Shown here in pieces: positions 22,382 to 31,356 of a stretch of 64,000 bases of DNA. The stretch covers positions 1,568,001 through 1,632,000 of the forward strand of contig CBDCYI010000005.1 in the NCBI GenBank assembly GCA_965224085.1, read 5' to 3'. Position numbers and translations under genes: made by a program. Source of the DNA: Candidatus Marinacidobacterales bacterium. GTDB lineage: Bacteria > Acidobacteriota > Vicinamibacteria > Marinacidobacterales > SMYC01. The first letter of the stretch is position 1, and every line of letters starts with the position of its first letter. Under the pieces are notes generated by a model, which saw nothing but the letters and a program-made list of their open reading frames with translations, did no database searches and was not told the origin of the DNA.

Positions 22382-22819
22382 GTGACACTTCGGATTCAAG
22401 CGGAGGTCGTGATCGCAGGCGCAGCCGAAGGCGAGGCGCTCGTGAGCTCCGAGCCTTTGAGCTTTTGGGGCGGGTATGACGCGCAGACAGGCGAGATCGT
22501 CGATCGTCGACATCCGCTCTCAGGCCATATCGCGGCGGGAAAAGTGCTCGTTCTTCCCTTCACCAAGGGCTCGAGCACGACGACGGCGATCTTGCTCGAA
22601 GCGGTACGGACCGGAAACGCTCCCGCTGCCATGGTAAGCCGCGGGAAGGACATGTTCTTGTCGCTGGCCTCGATCGTGGCGGACGAGATGTACCAAAAAC
22701 CCATCCCGATTCTCGCAGCCTCGCCATCCGATTTCGATACTTTTCGATCGGGTCAGAACGTGGTCATCGAAGTGGACGGCACCATCACCATCGACGAAGA
22801 AGGAGCCAAGAAACCATGA
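22382..22819 (+). CDS. Aconitase X small (swivel) subunit, DUF126-like
   Basis: [18 protein letters not shown]...HPL.G...GKVLV.P..KGSS; GTG start inferred. Confidence 0.87.
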   Translation: MTLRIQAEVVIAGAAEGEALVSSEPLSFWGGYDAQTGEIVDRRHPLSGHIAAGKVLVLPFTKGSSTTTAILLEAVRTGNAPAAMVSRGKDMFLSLASIVADEMYQKPIPILAASPSDFDTFRSGQNVVIEVDGTITIDEEGAKKP

Positions 22820-23331
22820 TGTATCTTTGTTTGAGCGTCGCCATCATGACACTCGCCAACGACGTCTATGACCGCGTCGAGCACGGCTACGCGGATAGCA
22901 ACGGTGTCAAAATCCACTATGCGAGCCTCGGCGACGGCCCGCTCGTCGTGATGGTCCATGGGTTCCCGGACTTTTGGTACACGCGCCGGGACCAGATGGA
23001 CGCTCTTTCGAGTCAATTCCAAGTCGTAGCGATCGATATGAGGGGCTACAACAAGAGCGACAAGCCCGAAGGCGTCGCGAGCTACGCGATGCCGCTTCTC
23101 GTCGGCGATGTCGCCGCCGTCATTCGCCACCTCGGCCAAGACAAAGCCGTCATCGTCGGCCACGATTGGGGAGGCATCGTGGCGTGGCAATTCGCCCTCA
23201 ACAATACTTGGGATTGGCTCGAGAAGGACTTGACGCTCGTAACGGTTCCGGGAGCGGGCCACTTCGTGCAACAAGACGCAAGCGAGCTCGTGACGAAGAC
23301 GATGAAGTGGTGGTTGGTCCGTGATAAATAG
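22816..23331 (+). pseudogene. Alpha/beta hydrolase (epoxide hydrolase-like) with large in-frame internal deletion
   Basis: HGFP and GHDWGG are followed almost directly by GAGHFVQQD; cap domain missing; only 171 aa. Confidence 0.75.
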
Positions 23332-23333
23332 AA

Positions 23334-23395
23334 GCTACCTGCTACCGGCCGCCCAGTTCAGCGACCAGTTTCAGTGAGAGGCGGTAGCAGGTAGC
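23334..23395. repeat. 14-bp perfect inverted repeat built of 7-nt units
   Basis: GCTACCTGCTACCG (23334-23347) and CGGTAGCAGGTAGC (23382-23395). Confidence 0.8.
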
Positions 23396-23485
23396 GGGTA
23401 GCCGCGGCGGGGCCAACGGACACAAGTCAGACCGCAACCTTCTTCCAGAGAGCGTCGGCCTGTGAGCTAGCGACCGCTGCAAGTC

Positions 23486-23775
23486 ATGAGCCGGCGCTTC
23501 GTATCGACCTACTTGTTCTCGGAGCGCGATCTCATCGTGACAGTGGGCCAGGACGGTCTCGTGGCCAACACCGCGAAATATGTAGGCGCGCAGCCGATCG
23601 TAGCGGTCAACCCGGACCCGGAGCGGTTCGATGGCGTGCTTCTGCCTTTTCGCGTCGACGAAGCGCGACGCGCCGTCGAGGCGGTCGTCGCCGGTGCCGC
23701 GCGCGCGCGTCACGTCACTCTAGGGAAGGCAGTGCTCAGCGACGGACAACAACTTCTCGCGTTCAACGACTTTAC
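23486..23775 (+). pseudogene. Internal fragment of an NAD-kinase-like protein
   Basis: VTVGQDGLVANTAKY...PIVAVNPDPERFDGVLLPF...LLAFND, truncated at both ends. Confidence 0.6.
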
Positions 23776-24021
23776 CTTTTTCTCGGACTCCTCCATCCGA
23801 GCCTCACGACTTCGGAAATAGGTCACGCCAGCCGCCCACACTTCCTGACTCGCAATCGGTGCTCTCGGCGCACTAATCGGCGAGGTTTCGCGGAAATCCT
23901 CGAGCGCGGTCTCGAGCCTAGTCCCGGTGAAGAGCGCGTCGATGGCCAGCCTGTCCGAGCGTAGCCAACGGCCGTCGTGCTCGACGACAACGGCATCATG
24001 GTCTCGATAGAGTTTGATCAT
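23776..24021 (-). pseudogene. N-terminal fragment of an FAH-family hydrolase
   Basis: PIASQEVWAAGVTYFRSREARMEES, then runs into the opposite-strand fragment. Confidence 0.7.
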
Positions 24022-24259
24022 GTTTCGTGACGTCCTGTCCTTTCTGTGGGAGCGCTACGGCCGCCAGCACTTCGAGAGCGGAGAACCGCTGCCTCCCGAC
24101 CTGATGCCGTATGTGGAGCACACCTATCGATGGGCGTCGGGTCAAATTACTCGAAAGCGTGGCGAGCCGGCGGTTTGAAGGTCGGGCCCTCTCCGTCTCT
24201 GTCGGCTTGAAACCGGTGTCAGCTTCCGATAGTTACTCCAGTTCTCAAGAGGAGAAACG

Positions 24260-24823
24260 ATGGACTGGAAGACTATGCTGGCGTACATCTCAGGATCGGT
24301 GGATGAGGAGCTGCTCCTACGCAACGAGTATCTTGCGGCCGAGAGTCGAATCCTTAGAAATCAAATCCAGAGTCGCTTCGCCTAAGCGACAGTGAACGGC
24401 GGACACTGGCCGAGATCGGAAGGCGGCTCGGTAAGCAAGCCCTCGATGAAATCGCGAGTATCGTGAAACCTGAGACAATCCTGGGTTGGCACCGGAAGCT
24501 CGTCGCGAGAAAGTTCGACGGCTCCAAGAGCTACCCGCAAGAAGTCCGAATCTGTTTCGTTCGCGGAGCGCTGGGTGCAACCAGCAAAGGCCGAGTGCCT
24601 GTCAAAGCTGATCCTCTTCGGGGATAGGTCGCTCCGCCTCGCTCTGAGGGAGTACGTTTCCCATTTTCACCAAGAGAGAAATCATCAAGGCAAGGGCAAT
24701 CTATGTTGTTCCCCGCCAGCGAGCATACCCGGAACGACGGCCCAGTTCGCTGTCGGGCGCGGCTCGGCGGATTGCTTCGTTTCTATCATCGGGATGCCGC
24801 ATGAGTTTTTTGACCCGACGGGG
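24260..24823 (+). mobile_element. Degraded integrase-core (rve/DDE) transposase remnant
   Basis: MDWKTMLAYISGSVDEELLLRNEYL..., VKPETILGWHRKLVARKFDGS, AERWV...ECLSKLILFG...HFHQERNHQG, with stops and frameshifts. Confidence 0.75.
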
Positions 24824-24853
24824 GCCGGCGACCCGTCGAGCTGTCGCCCTTTG

Positions 24854-25180
24854 TCAGTCGCAGCCGCTAGCAATGACCAAGGCGCGGCAAACTCTCGCCA
24901 TTTTTTCCGCCGTCACAGAACCCACGAAACGAACAAGCTCGTGTTGTGTGACGGTGAAAACGTTGCACAAATTCACGCACGACGTTTTTTTCAGTCCCTC
25001 GTCAACACCGACTTCAACTTCTGTTGGTGCGCCGCGCAGCGTCGACGTGACCGCCACCACGGTAACGGTGTGTAGAGAGCGAATGAGCGACTGGCGGCTC
25101 AGGATAAGAACGGGACGGCGTTTGTCTGGCTTGGGTCGATCCAGCAGCCAGAGCTCACCTCGGTTCAATCCTCGGGCCAT
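24854..25180 (-). CDS. Type II toxin, PemK/MazF family endoribonuclease
   Basis: RGELW...KRRPVLILS...VTVVAVTS...CVNLCN. Confidence 0.9.
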   Translation of the reverse strand: MARGLNRGELWLLDRPKPDKRRPVLILSRQSLIRSLHTVTVVAVTSTLRGAPTEVEVGVDEGLKKTSCVNLCNVFTVTQHELVRFVGSVTAEKMARVCRALVIASGCD

Positions 25181-25407
25181 GCCTGAGAGCCCACAAGGTT
25201 CGCAACCTCGTCGAGCATCTTGTCTGCGCAACCGTCATAGGCGCGGATGAGCTCGTCATCGATCTCGAGACGTCTCTTGGCCTTGAGATATAGCTGGATG
25301 GCCGAACGAATAAACGCCGACCGGCCGCGCTTCCGGACTTCCGGCTCTCGATCGATGCGCTTCAGAAGGTCTTGATCCATGGACACCTGTATCGCCTGCA
25401 TCGACAT
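25165..25407 (-). CDS. Ribbon-helix-helix (CopG-like) antitoxin
   Basis: IQVSMDQDLLKRID...RSAFIRSAI; upstream of and overlapping the toxin. Confidence 0.85.
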   Translation of the reverse strand: MSMQAIQVSMDQDLLKRIDREPEVRKRGRSAFIRSAIQLYLKAKRRLEIDDELIRAYDGCADKMLDEVANLVGSQAWPED

Positions 25408-25418
25408 AATGGTATTTT

Positions 25419-25436
25419 ACCACATAACTATGTGGT
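25419..25436. promoter_or_regulatory. Palindromic operator upstream of the TA operon
   Basis: ACCACATA-AC-TATGTGGT perfect inverted repeat about 12 bp upstream of the antitoxin start. Confidence 0.65.
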
Positions 25437-25798
25437 GAACTATGTTGTGTGTCCAACTCCGAATCTGTCGGTAATTAATAGCGGTTTGCAGGAATCGAGC
25501 GAAGCACGGCGTTACGCGAGGCACGATGCTTGTAGAGCGAGCATTCGTGCAAACCGTAATTGCTAAGCCGCCCAGCTAGCGGCAACTATGCATAAATTGG
25601 AGTGAGAAGACGGTCGGACAGGAAGTCGGAGTTGGACGTCAGGGAGTTGCGAATCGACAGAGATATGGCGGGGAAGATAGAAGAAGGGCCTACCCGGTGC
25701 GGTAACCACCACGGTAGCGTTATGAGTTCGCGACGAGACACACGAGTCCGTTTCAACGACCGGTCGGCGTTGTGAGAGGCGGAGCGAAAGCATCGTGA

Positions 25799-27046
25799 TC
25801 ATGACTCATCTGGAGGGGAGCGGATCTGGAGGTTGATCCGTCGAAGCTTCGTGGAGAGAGGGCATCGGAGCATGCGACCTTTCTTGCAGCGGGGACAGAT
25901 GGTGAGGTCGATGCCGGTGAGCTCCTTGAGCCGCTCGCGCCAGTCCTTGTCCTCGGTGGCACGCGAGCTGACTTGCACGTCGTCGGCGTCGGTCGTGGGT
26001 TTTGTTTTCTCATCGAGCAACTGGCGCGCGACTACGAGCTTGGTGGTCGCATTGGAGGAGGCCATTAAGCCGAAATGGCGAATCTTGACGAAACCTTTCG
26101 GCAGTACGTGCAGGAGGAAACGGCGGATAAATTCCTCTGGGGGGACGGTAACGGTATTACCATTCTTGGTGGCGAAGCAGACGCCGTAGTGGTCGATGCG
26201 AATGAGTCGGCGGTTGGAGATGCCGACCCGGTGGGTATATCGGCCGAGGTAGTTGAAAACCTGCTCTGGGCCACCGAAGGGTCGTTTGCTGTAAACGACC
26301 CAATCGATGCGGTAGAGCTTGTCTTTCAGCTCCCGGAAGCGAGGTGGGTTTCTGAGGTGGGAAGCGTTTGCGCTCAACTCAAGCTCATCTTGGTCGTAAG
26401 CGAGCCTAAGGGCATCGAGAAACTTGCTGCGAAAAAGCCGCGACATGGCCTTGACGGGAAACAGAAAGCGAGGGTTTGCGGCGTTCCACAGCTGCTGAGG
26501 GTGGTTGAGCCCGCCCCCGGAGACGATGCAATGCAGGTGTGGATGGAACAGGAGCTTCCGGGTCCAGGTGTGCAGTACGGCGGTGAAGGCAAGTTGAGCT
26601 TCGAGCCGGCTTTGGCCGAACTCCAATAGAGTTCGCGAGGCGGCGCGAAACAGGAGGTTGAACATGAACTTGGGATTGTCTCGGGCGAGAGGCTTGAGTT
26701 GCTGCGGGAGGGTGAAAACGACGTGGAAATAGTGAGTCGGAAGAATCCTCTGAGCTCGCTGCTCCATCCACTTCGCCTGGGCTAGGCTCTGACACTTGGG
26801 ACAGTGCCGATTGCGGCACGAGTTAAACGAAGGCGCCGCGTATCCGCAAGCGTTACACACGTCGAGATGGCCACCTAGCACCGCCGTGCGACAGTTCTCT
26901 ATAGCCCACATCACCTTGCGCTGCTCGGCTGTCAGCGCATGGGTTTGGCGAAAGCGTGGACCATGTTCGCGGAAGATTTCCGCGATCTCGAGCAGTGGCC
27001 GTGGTGGTGACTCGACGCGGGAAGGACACAGCCCATGGGGCTGCAT
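25799..27046 (-). CDS. IS91-family (Y2 HUH, rolling-circle) transposase
   Basis: Zn-binding CRT..LGG..C..C...SCRNRHCPKC, HVVFTLP, HTW...HPHLHC, YLGRYTHR, RRFLLHVLP.GF..IRHFG. Confidence 0.93.
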   Translation of the reverse strand: MQPHGLCPSRVESPPRPLLEIAEIFREHGPRFRQTHALTAEQRKVMWAIENCRTAVLGGHLDVCNACGYAAPSFNSCRNRHCPKCQSLAQAKWMEQRAQRILPTHYFHVVFTLPQQLKPLARDNPKFMFNLLFRAASRTLLEFGQSRLEAQLAFTAVLHTWTRKLLFHPHLHCIVSGGGLNHPQQLWNAANPRFLFPVKAMSRLFRSKFLDALRLAYDQDELELSANASHLRNPPRFRELKDKLYRIDWVVYSKRPFGGPEQVFNYLGRYTHRVGISNRRLIRIDHYGVCFATKNGNTVTVPPEEFIRRFLLHVLPKGFVKIRHFGLMASSNATTKLVVARQLLDEKTKPTTDADDVQVSSRATEDKDWRERLKELTGIDLTICPRCKKGRMLRCPLSTKLRRINLQIRSPPDES

Positions 27047-27052
27047 GATGAG

Positions 27053-27913
27053 CTAGCCGAGCTTTTTGCCCTTCTTCGTTCCCAGCAAATCGAGAGGGCT
27101 CTTGATGCGCCCCAAGTGCTTTGCTGTTACCTTTGTGTAACGGGCCGTGGTCTGGATGGAGGCATGACCGAGCAGTTGCTGCACGGTACGAATGTCTTCA
27201 CCCAGTTCGAGCATATGTGTGGCAAAACCGTGGCGCAGCGAATGAGGAGTGATACGTTTGGTGAGCCCCGCCTCAGCCACGGCCTTACGAAGAGCCCAGC
27301 GAACGCCATCGTCTGAGATGTGGGCACCAGGATTACGGCCGGGAAACAAGTACTCTCCGCGAGGGCGAGTGGTTTTCCAGTAGTAGCGCAGGAAGCTCAA
27401 CAAACGTTCGCTGAGCGTGACATAGCGGGCCTTGGAGTTCTTGGCGTGACGAATGTGCAAGAGCATGCGTTTGGAGTCGATGTCGGAGTGCTTCAGACAG
27501 CACACCTCGGAAACGCGCAGCCCGGCGCCGTAGGCGCTCATGAGAATCGCGCGGTGTTTGACGGAGTTAACGGAGTGAAGCAAACAATCGACCTCCTCGC
27601 CGCTCAAGATATCGGGTAACGTGCGAGGTTTCTTGGGCCAAGGAATCTTCGCCACCTCCTCCGGGCGGTTGAGTGTGGTTGCGTAGAGAAACTTGAGAGA
27701 GGCGACGTACATGTGGTGGCTGGCCGGAGAGGCCTTCTTCTCGTTAACGAGATGAATCAGATAATCGCGGGTCTTCGGCTCGCCCATCTCGGCGGGTGAG
27801 CGCATGTAATGTGCCGCGAAATGGCGCGCTCGCAGCAGATACTCCTCCTGCGTGGAGCGTGCGAACCCCTTCAGTTTCATGTCGGCAAGCATTTTTTCGC
27901 TAAGGCATCCCAT
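27053..27913 (-). CDS. Tyrosine recombinase/integrase with N-terminal SAM-like domain
   Basis: YGAGLRVSE, HSLRHGFATH, LLGHASIQTTARY (R-H-R-H-Y catalytic set). Confidence 0.93.
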   Translation of the reverse strand: MGCLSEKMLADMKLKGFARSTQEEYLLRARHFAAHYMRSPAEMGEPKTRDYLIHLVNEKKASPASHHMYVASLKFLYATTLNRPEEVAKIPWPKKPRTLPDILSGEEVDCLLHSVNSVKHRAILMSAYGAGLRVSEVCCLKHSDIDSKRMLLHIRHAKNSKARYVTLSERLLSFLRYYWKTTRPRGEYLFPGRNPGAHISDDGVRWALRKAVAEAGLTKRITPHSLRHGFATHMLELGEDIRTVQQLLGHASIQTTARYTKVTAKHLGRIKSPLDLLGTKKGKKLG

Positions 27914-28408
27914 GATTATTCCTCCAGTGATTTAGCAGACGACGACCATCGCCGCCCGCGGGGGACAGGGATGATGCCATGTGTGAGAGAGCGGTTCCGA
28001 GAAACGCAGGACTCGTTGTCCGGAGCGAAGATCGAACGAATGAAGACGACGGCGAAGCCGTCCTCCTTAATCCCTTCTGGCTCCCGTGGCCCGGAAAAAC
28101 AAGGGAAACGGGTTAGAGGCGAGTGAGTTCACCGCGGCTGGCTTGCCGTGCAAAACCCGGAGTCCGGAGCCCCTGCCGGAGGCACCCGTCCGCCCATCGC
28201 CCATAGTGACTCGCATCACGGCGCGTAGGTTGTGTCCAGGGCGGCGCAGCCGGCGCGCGAAGCGCGCGAAACCCTTGACACGACCTGCGCGCCGTGATTC
28301 CCTGGAAGGGCGATGGGCTGCGGCGAAAAAGGCGCAGGCAAAATGCCCCCAGTTTGGCTCACCAGTTCGGGAGAGCTTGCAGGTCCCGCCGCCGCGCGAG
28401 CGGCTTAG

Positions 28409-28948
28409 TGTCTCTTCCGGGGATGGTCGAAACCCCTCGCCTTTAGGCGAAGAGAAGATCGTGGTATTGTGGTCGCGTGCGTCACTACAGGCACGGAGCG
28501 CACACGAAAACGGACCTAAAAGCGCACATCGTTTGGATACCGAAATACCGTAAAAAGGTTTTGATCGGTCCAGTAGCGGTTCGTGTGCGCGATCTGATTC
28601 GTCAGATCGCGATGGAACATGAGCTGCACATAATCTCGGGTAAGGTTGCACGCGACCACGTCCACGTGTTCGTATCCTACCGACCACACCAGGACCTGAG
28701 TACGATCGTGCAGTGGCTAAAAGGAATAAGCTCCCGAGTACTCCTTCAGGAGTTTGCTCACCTGAGGAAGAAGTTTTGGGGCCGGCACTTCTGGGCCCGA
28801 GGATATCTGGCGGTGAGTTCAGGAAGCATAACGGACGAGATGGTAAAGGAGTACATAGACTCCCAGGATGGCGAGCCTCTTCACGACGACAGTCAATTTC
28901 CAATTGACAGCCCTTGAAGCCACCGCCTTCTAGGCGGTGGTTGTTCAC
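28409..28948 (+). mobile_element. IS200/IS605-family element, tnpA only (copy 1)
   Basis: Follows TTAG (28405-28408); subterminal hairpins CTCGCC-TTTA-GGCGA and CCACCGCC-TTCTA-GGCGGTGG; ends in TCAC. Confidence 0.82.
28477..28917 (+). CDS. tnpA: IS200-family Y1 HUH transposase
   Basis: HIVWIPKYR, DHVH, LKGISSR, FWARGY, EYI..Q. Confidence 0.95.
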   Translation: MRHYRHGAHTKTDLKAHIVWIPKYRKKVLIGPVAVRVRDLIRQIAMEHELHIISGKVARDHVHVFVSYRPHQDLSTIVQWLKGISSRVLLQEFAHLRKKFWGRHFWARGYLAVSSGSITDEMVKEYIDSQDGEPLHDDSQFPIDSP

Positions 28949-28979
28949 TTCAATTAAAGTTATAATTCACACGCCGCCT

Positions 28980-30200
28980 GTGAAAATTCTCACCATTACG
29001 TCGTCCTATCCAAAGTATGCGAAAGATACGACCGCGCCTTTCATCGCTTCGATCACGAAGGCCCTTGCCAGCCGCGGGCACGAGCTCACCGTGGTGCTTC
29101 CAGCGCATCGGGATCTCGCCCTCGAGCCCGTCCCGGGCGTGCGTTTTTGCCCCTATCGCTACGCGCCGATCGAAAGTCTCAATGTTTTCGGCTATGCGGA
29201 ATCGCTTCGCGCAGACATAGCACTTCGGAGCGCGACCTATCTCGCGGCGCCGCTCGCGCTGGTCTCCGGGACCCAAAAATTGCTTTCCGAGTCGCGCAGA
29301 GAGCGCTACGACGTTGTGCATGCGCATTGGGTCGTGCCGAACGGCGCGATGGCTTGGCCGGTGTCCAAAGCTCGTGGTCTTCCGCTCGTCGTGAGCCTGC
29401 ATGGCTCCGATGTTTTTATGTCCGAGAAAAAAGGCGCCTTCCGATCCGCGGCCAAGCTCGCCTTCTCGCAGGCGCGGGCGGCGACGGCATGTAGCGACGA
29501 TCTCGCGGTACGAAGCCTCGCGCTCGGAGCAACGGAAAAACCGCGTGTCGTTCCCTACGGTGTCGATACCCGGCTTTTCGGTAACGAGCCTTCGGAGCTC
29601 CGCCCGAGTCTCGGAATCGAGAAAGATGCGATCGTGATCCTCGCGGTGGGTAGGCTCGTCCACAAGAAAGGCTTTGAATATCTTGTCGACGCCGCCGGGG
29701 CGGTAGAGGAAGGGCCCCTTCGTCTCGTCATTGCCGGGAAAGGCCATCTCGGGCCGGCTCTCGAGGAGCGCGCCCGCCAAGCTGGCGTTTACGACCGCAC
29801 CCACTTCGTCGGGAACCTCGAGCGCGATGCGCTACCGGATTACTTTGCGATGGCGGATATCGTCGCCGTGCCCTCAGTTTGGGACGGCGCGGGAAACGTC
29901 GACGGGCTCCCGAACGTTCTCTTGGAAGCGATGGCTTCGGGGACGGCCATCGTTGCCAGCGACGTCGCCGGCATCCCGCAAGCCATTCGCGCGGGCGAAG
30001 ACGGCCTTCTTGTTCCTGAGAAAGACCCCGGGTTGCTCGCTGAGGCGCTTCGAAAGCTCGCGTCCTCGAGCGATCTTCGGAAAAAACTCGGCGCCTCCGC
30101 CCGCAAGCGGGCCGAGCAAGCCTTCAGTTGGGATCTCGTGGGAGAACGTTTTGAGTCCGTTCTTCGCTCCGTCTCGGAAGCTCGCCGCCGAGCGTCTTGA
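28980..30200 (+). CDS. Glycosyltransferase family 4
   Basis: VHAHW, LHGSD, GRLVHKKG, DGLPNVLLEAMASG. Confidence 0.9.
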   Translation: MKILTITSSYPKYAKDTTAPFIASITKALASRGHELTVVLPAHRDLALEPVPGVRFCPYRYAPIESLNVFGYAESLRADIALRSATYLAAPLALVSGTQKLLSESRRERYDVVHAHWVVPNGAMAWPVSKARGLPLVVSLHGSDVFMSEKKGAFRSAAKLAFSQARAATACSDDLAVRSLALGATEKPRVVPYGVDTRLFGNEPSELRPSLGIEKDAIVILAVGRLVHKKGFEYLVDAAGAVEEGPLRLVIAGKGHLGPALEERARQAGVYDRTHFVGNLERDALPDYFAMADIVAVPSVWDGAGNVDGLPNVLLEAMASGTAIVASDVAGIPQAIRAGEDGLLVPEKDPGLLAEALRKLASSSDLRKKLGASARKRAEQAFSWDLVGERFESVLRSVSEARRRAS

Positions 30201-31356
30201 ACACGGCGGCCCCCGCATCTACGACCCGCGAGAGCGGGTCGCGCTCGGGGCGCTCGACCTCGGCCTGCGCGCTCTGTCCAAGCTCGCGGGGCTTCGGCCC
30301 CGGCCAGAGCGATCCGCGACGGACGTCCGCGGCGCCCAGCGCATCCAGGCGCTCCGCCTCGACCGCATCGGCGACTTGCTGACGACGCTTCCCGCGTTGA
30401 AGGTGCTTCGCGACGCGGCGCCCGATGCCGAGCTCGAGCTCGCGGTCGGTAGCTGGAACGAGCCGATCGCGCGCCGGCTTCCTTTCATCGATACGGTACG
30501 CCTCGTCGACACCCCGTGGGCTGCGTGGGGCCGAGACGTTCGCTTCCGCGACGCGCGCCGTGCTCTTGCACCCAATCCCCCGCATCTCGCCATCGACTTT
30601 CAAGGTGACGTGCGGGTCCTGTTCCTCGTGGCCTTGTCGGGCGCGCCCCTGCGCGCTGGCTATGTGGACACCGGCGGGAGCTACCTTCTCAGCCATACGG
30701 CCCGTTGGGACGAGAAGAAGAGCTGGTACTGGCAGAACCTCGAGCTCGTGAGAACGCTCTTCCCCGGTGTAGAAACCGGGGAAGCGAGCTATCGCCCTTT
30801 TAACTTCGTCACGGCCGAGGACCGGAATGCGGCGCGAGAGCTCCTTCCCCAAGCGGCCACGCCTCGGGTCGGGATCCACCCGAGCGCCGGGCGCGCGCTC
30901 AAGCAGTGGGAAGACGAAAAATTCGCCGCACTCATCGATCTTCTATCTGAGCAGGCGAGCGTCGTGCTCACCGGCTCCTCCGGAGACCGGCTGCTCGTCG
31001 AGAGGATCGCCGCGCGCGCGCAAACCACGCCGAGAATCCTCGTGGGGACGGACCTCGCGACTTTCGCGGCCGTCGTGGAATCTTTCGACGTCTTTGTCAC
31101 AGGTGACACCGGGCCCATGCACTTATCGCACGCGGTGGGGACATCGAACGTGGCGATCTTCGGGCCTTCGGATCCGGTGCGTTACGGGCCCGAGGCATCG
31201 CTCGGTCTTAGCCGCGTCGTCCGCGAGCCCGTCTTTTGCTCGCCGTGCAACATGATCCGCAAGCCGCCTGCTGAATGCGCACGCGCCCCGGCGCCGGAAT
31301 GCATTGCCGGAATCAAAGTCGAGCAAGTGCTCGACGCGGTTCTACGAGAGTTTTAG
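30197..31356 (+). CDS. Glycosyltransferase family 9 (heptosyltransferase-like); start unclear, possible frameshift
   Basis: RLDRIGD, HPSAG...KQW, GDTGPMH, AIFGP, CSPC; no in-frame start codon close to the preceding stop. Confidence 0.8.

Larger units (their letters stand above)
25559..28954 (-). mobile_element. IS91-family element with tyrosine recombinase, carrying an IS200-family insertion in one terminus (copy 1, apparently complete)
   Basis: Recombinase + Y2 transposase operon; inverted terminal motifs hairpin-GCGGCTTAG(TT)CAAT; right boundary fixed by divergence from copy 2. Confidence 0.75.

Noticed and set aside
27053-27913. Integron integrase IntI
   Set aside because: Short protein apparently lacking the IntI-specific insertion, and operonic with a Y2 transposase.
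27809-28948. ORFs of 105, 155 and 293 aa in the element leader, repeated at 62593-63829
   Set aside because: Recurrence is explained by the DNA duplication; no motifs; the 55-bp insertion in copy 2 shifts the frames of the two longer ones.
28941-28966. Hybrid promoter formed by the element end and TATAAT upstream of the GT4 gene
   Set aside because: Candidate -35 (TTGTTC) is only 14 bp from TATAAT.
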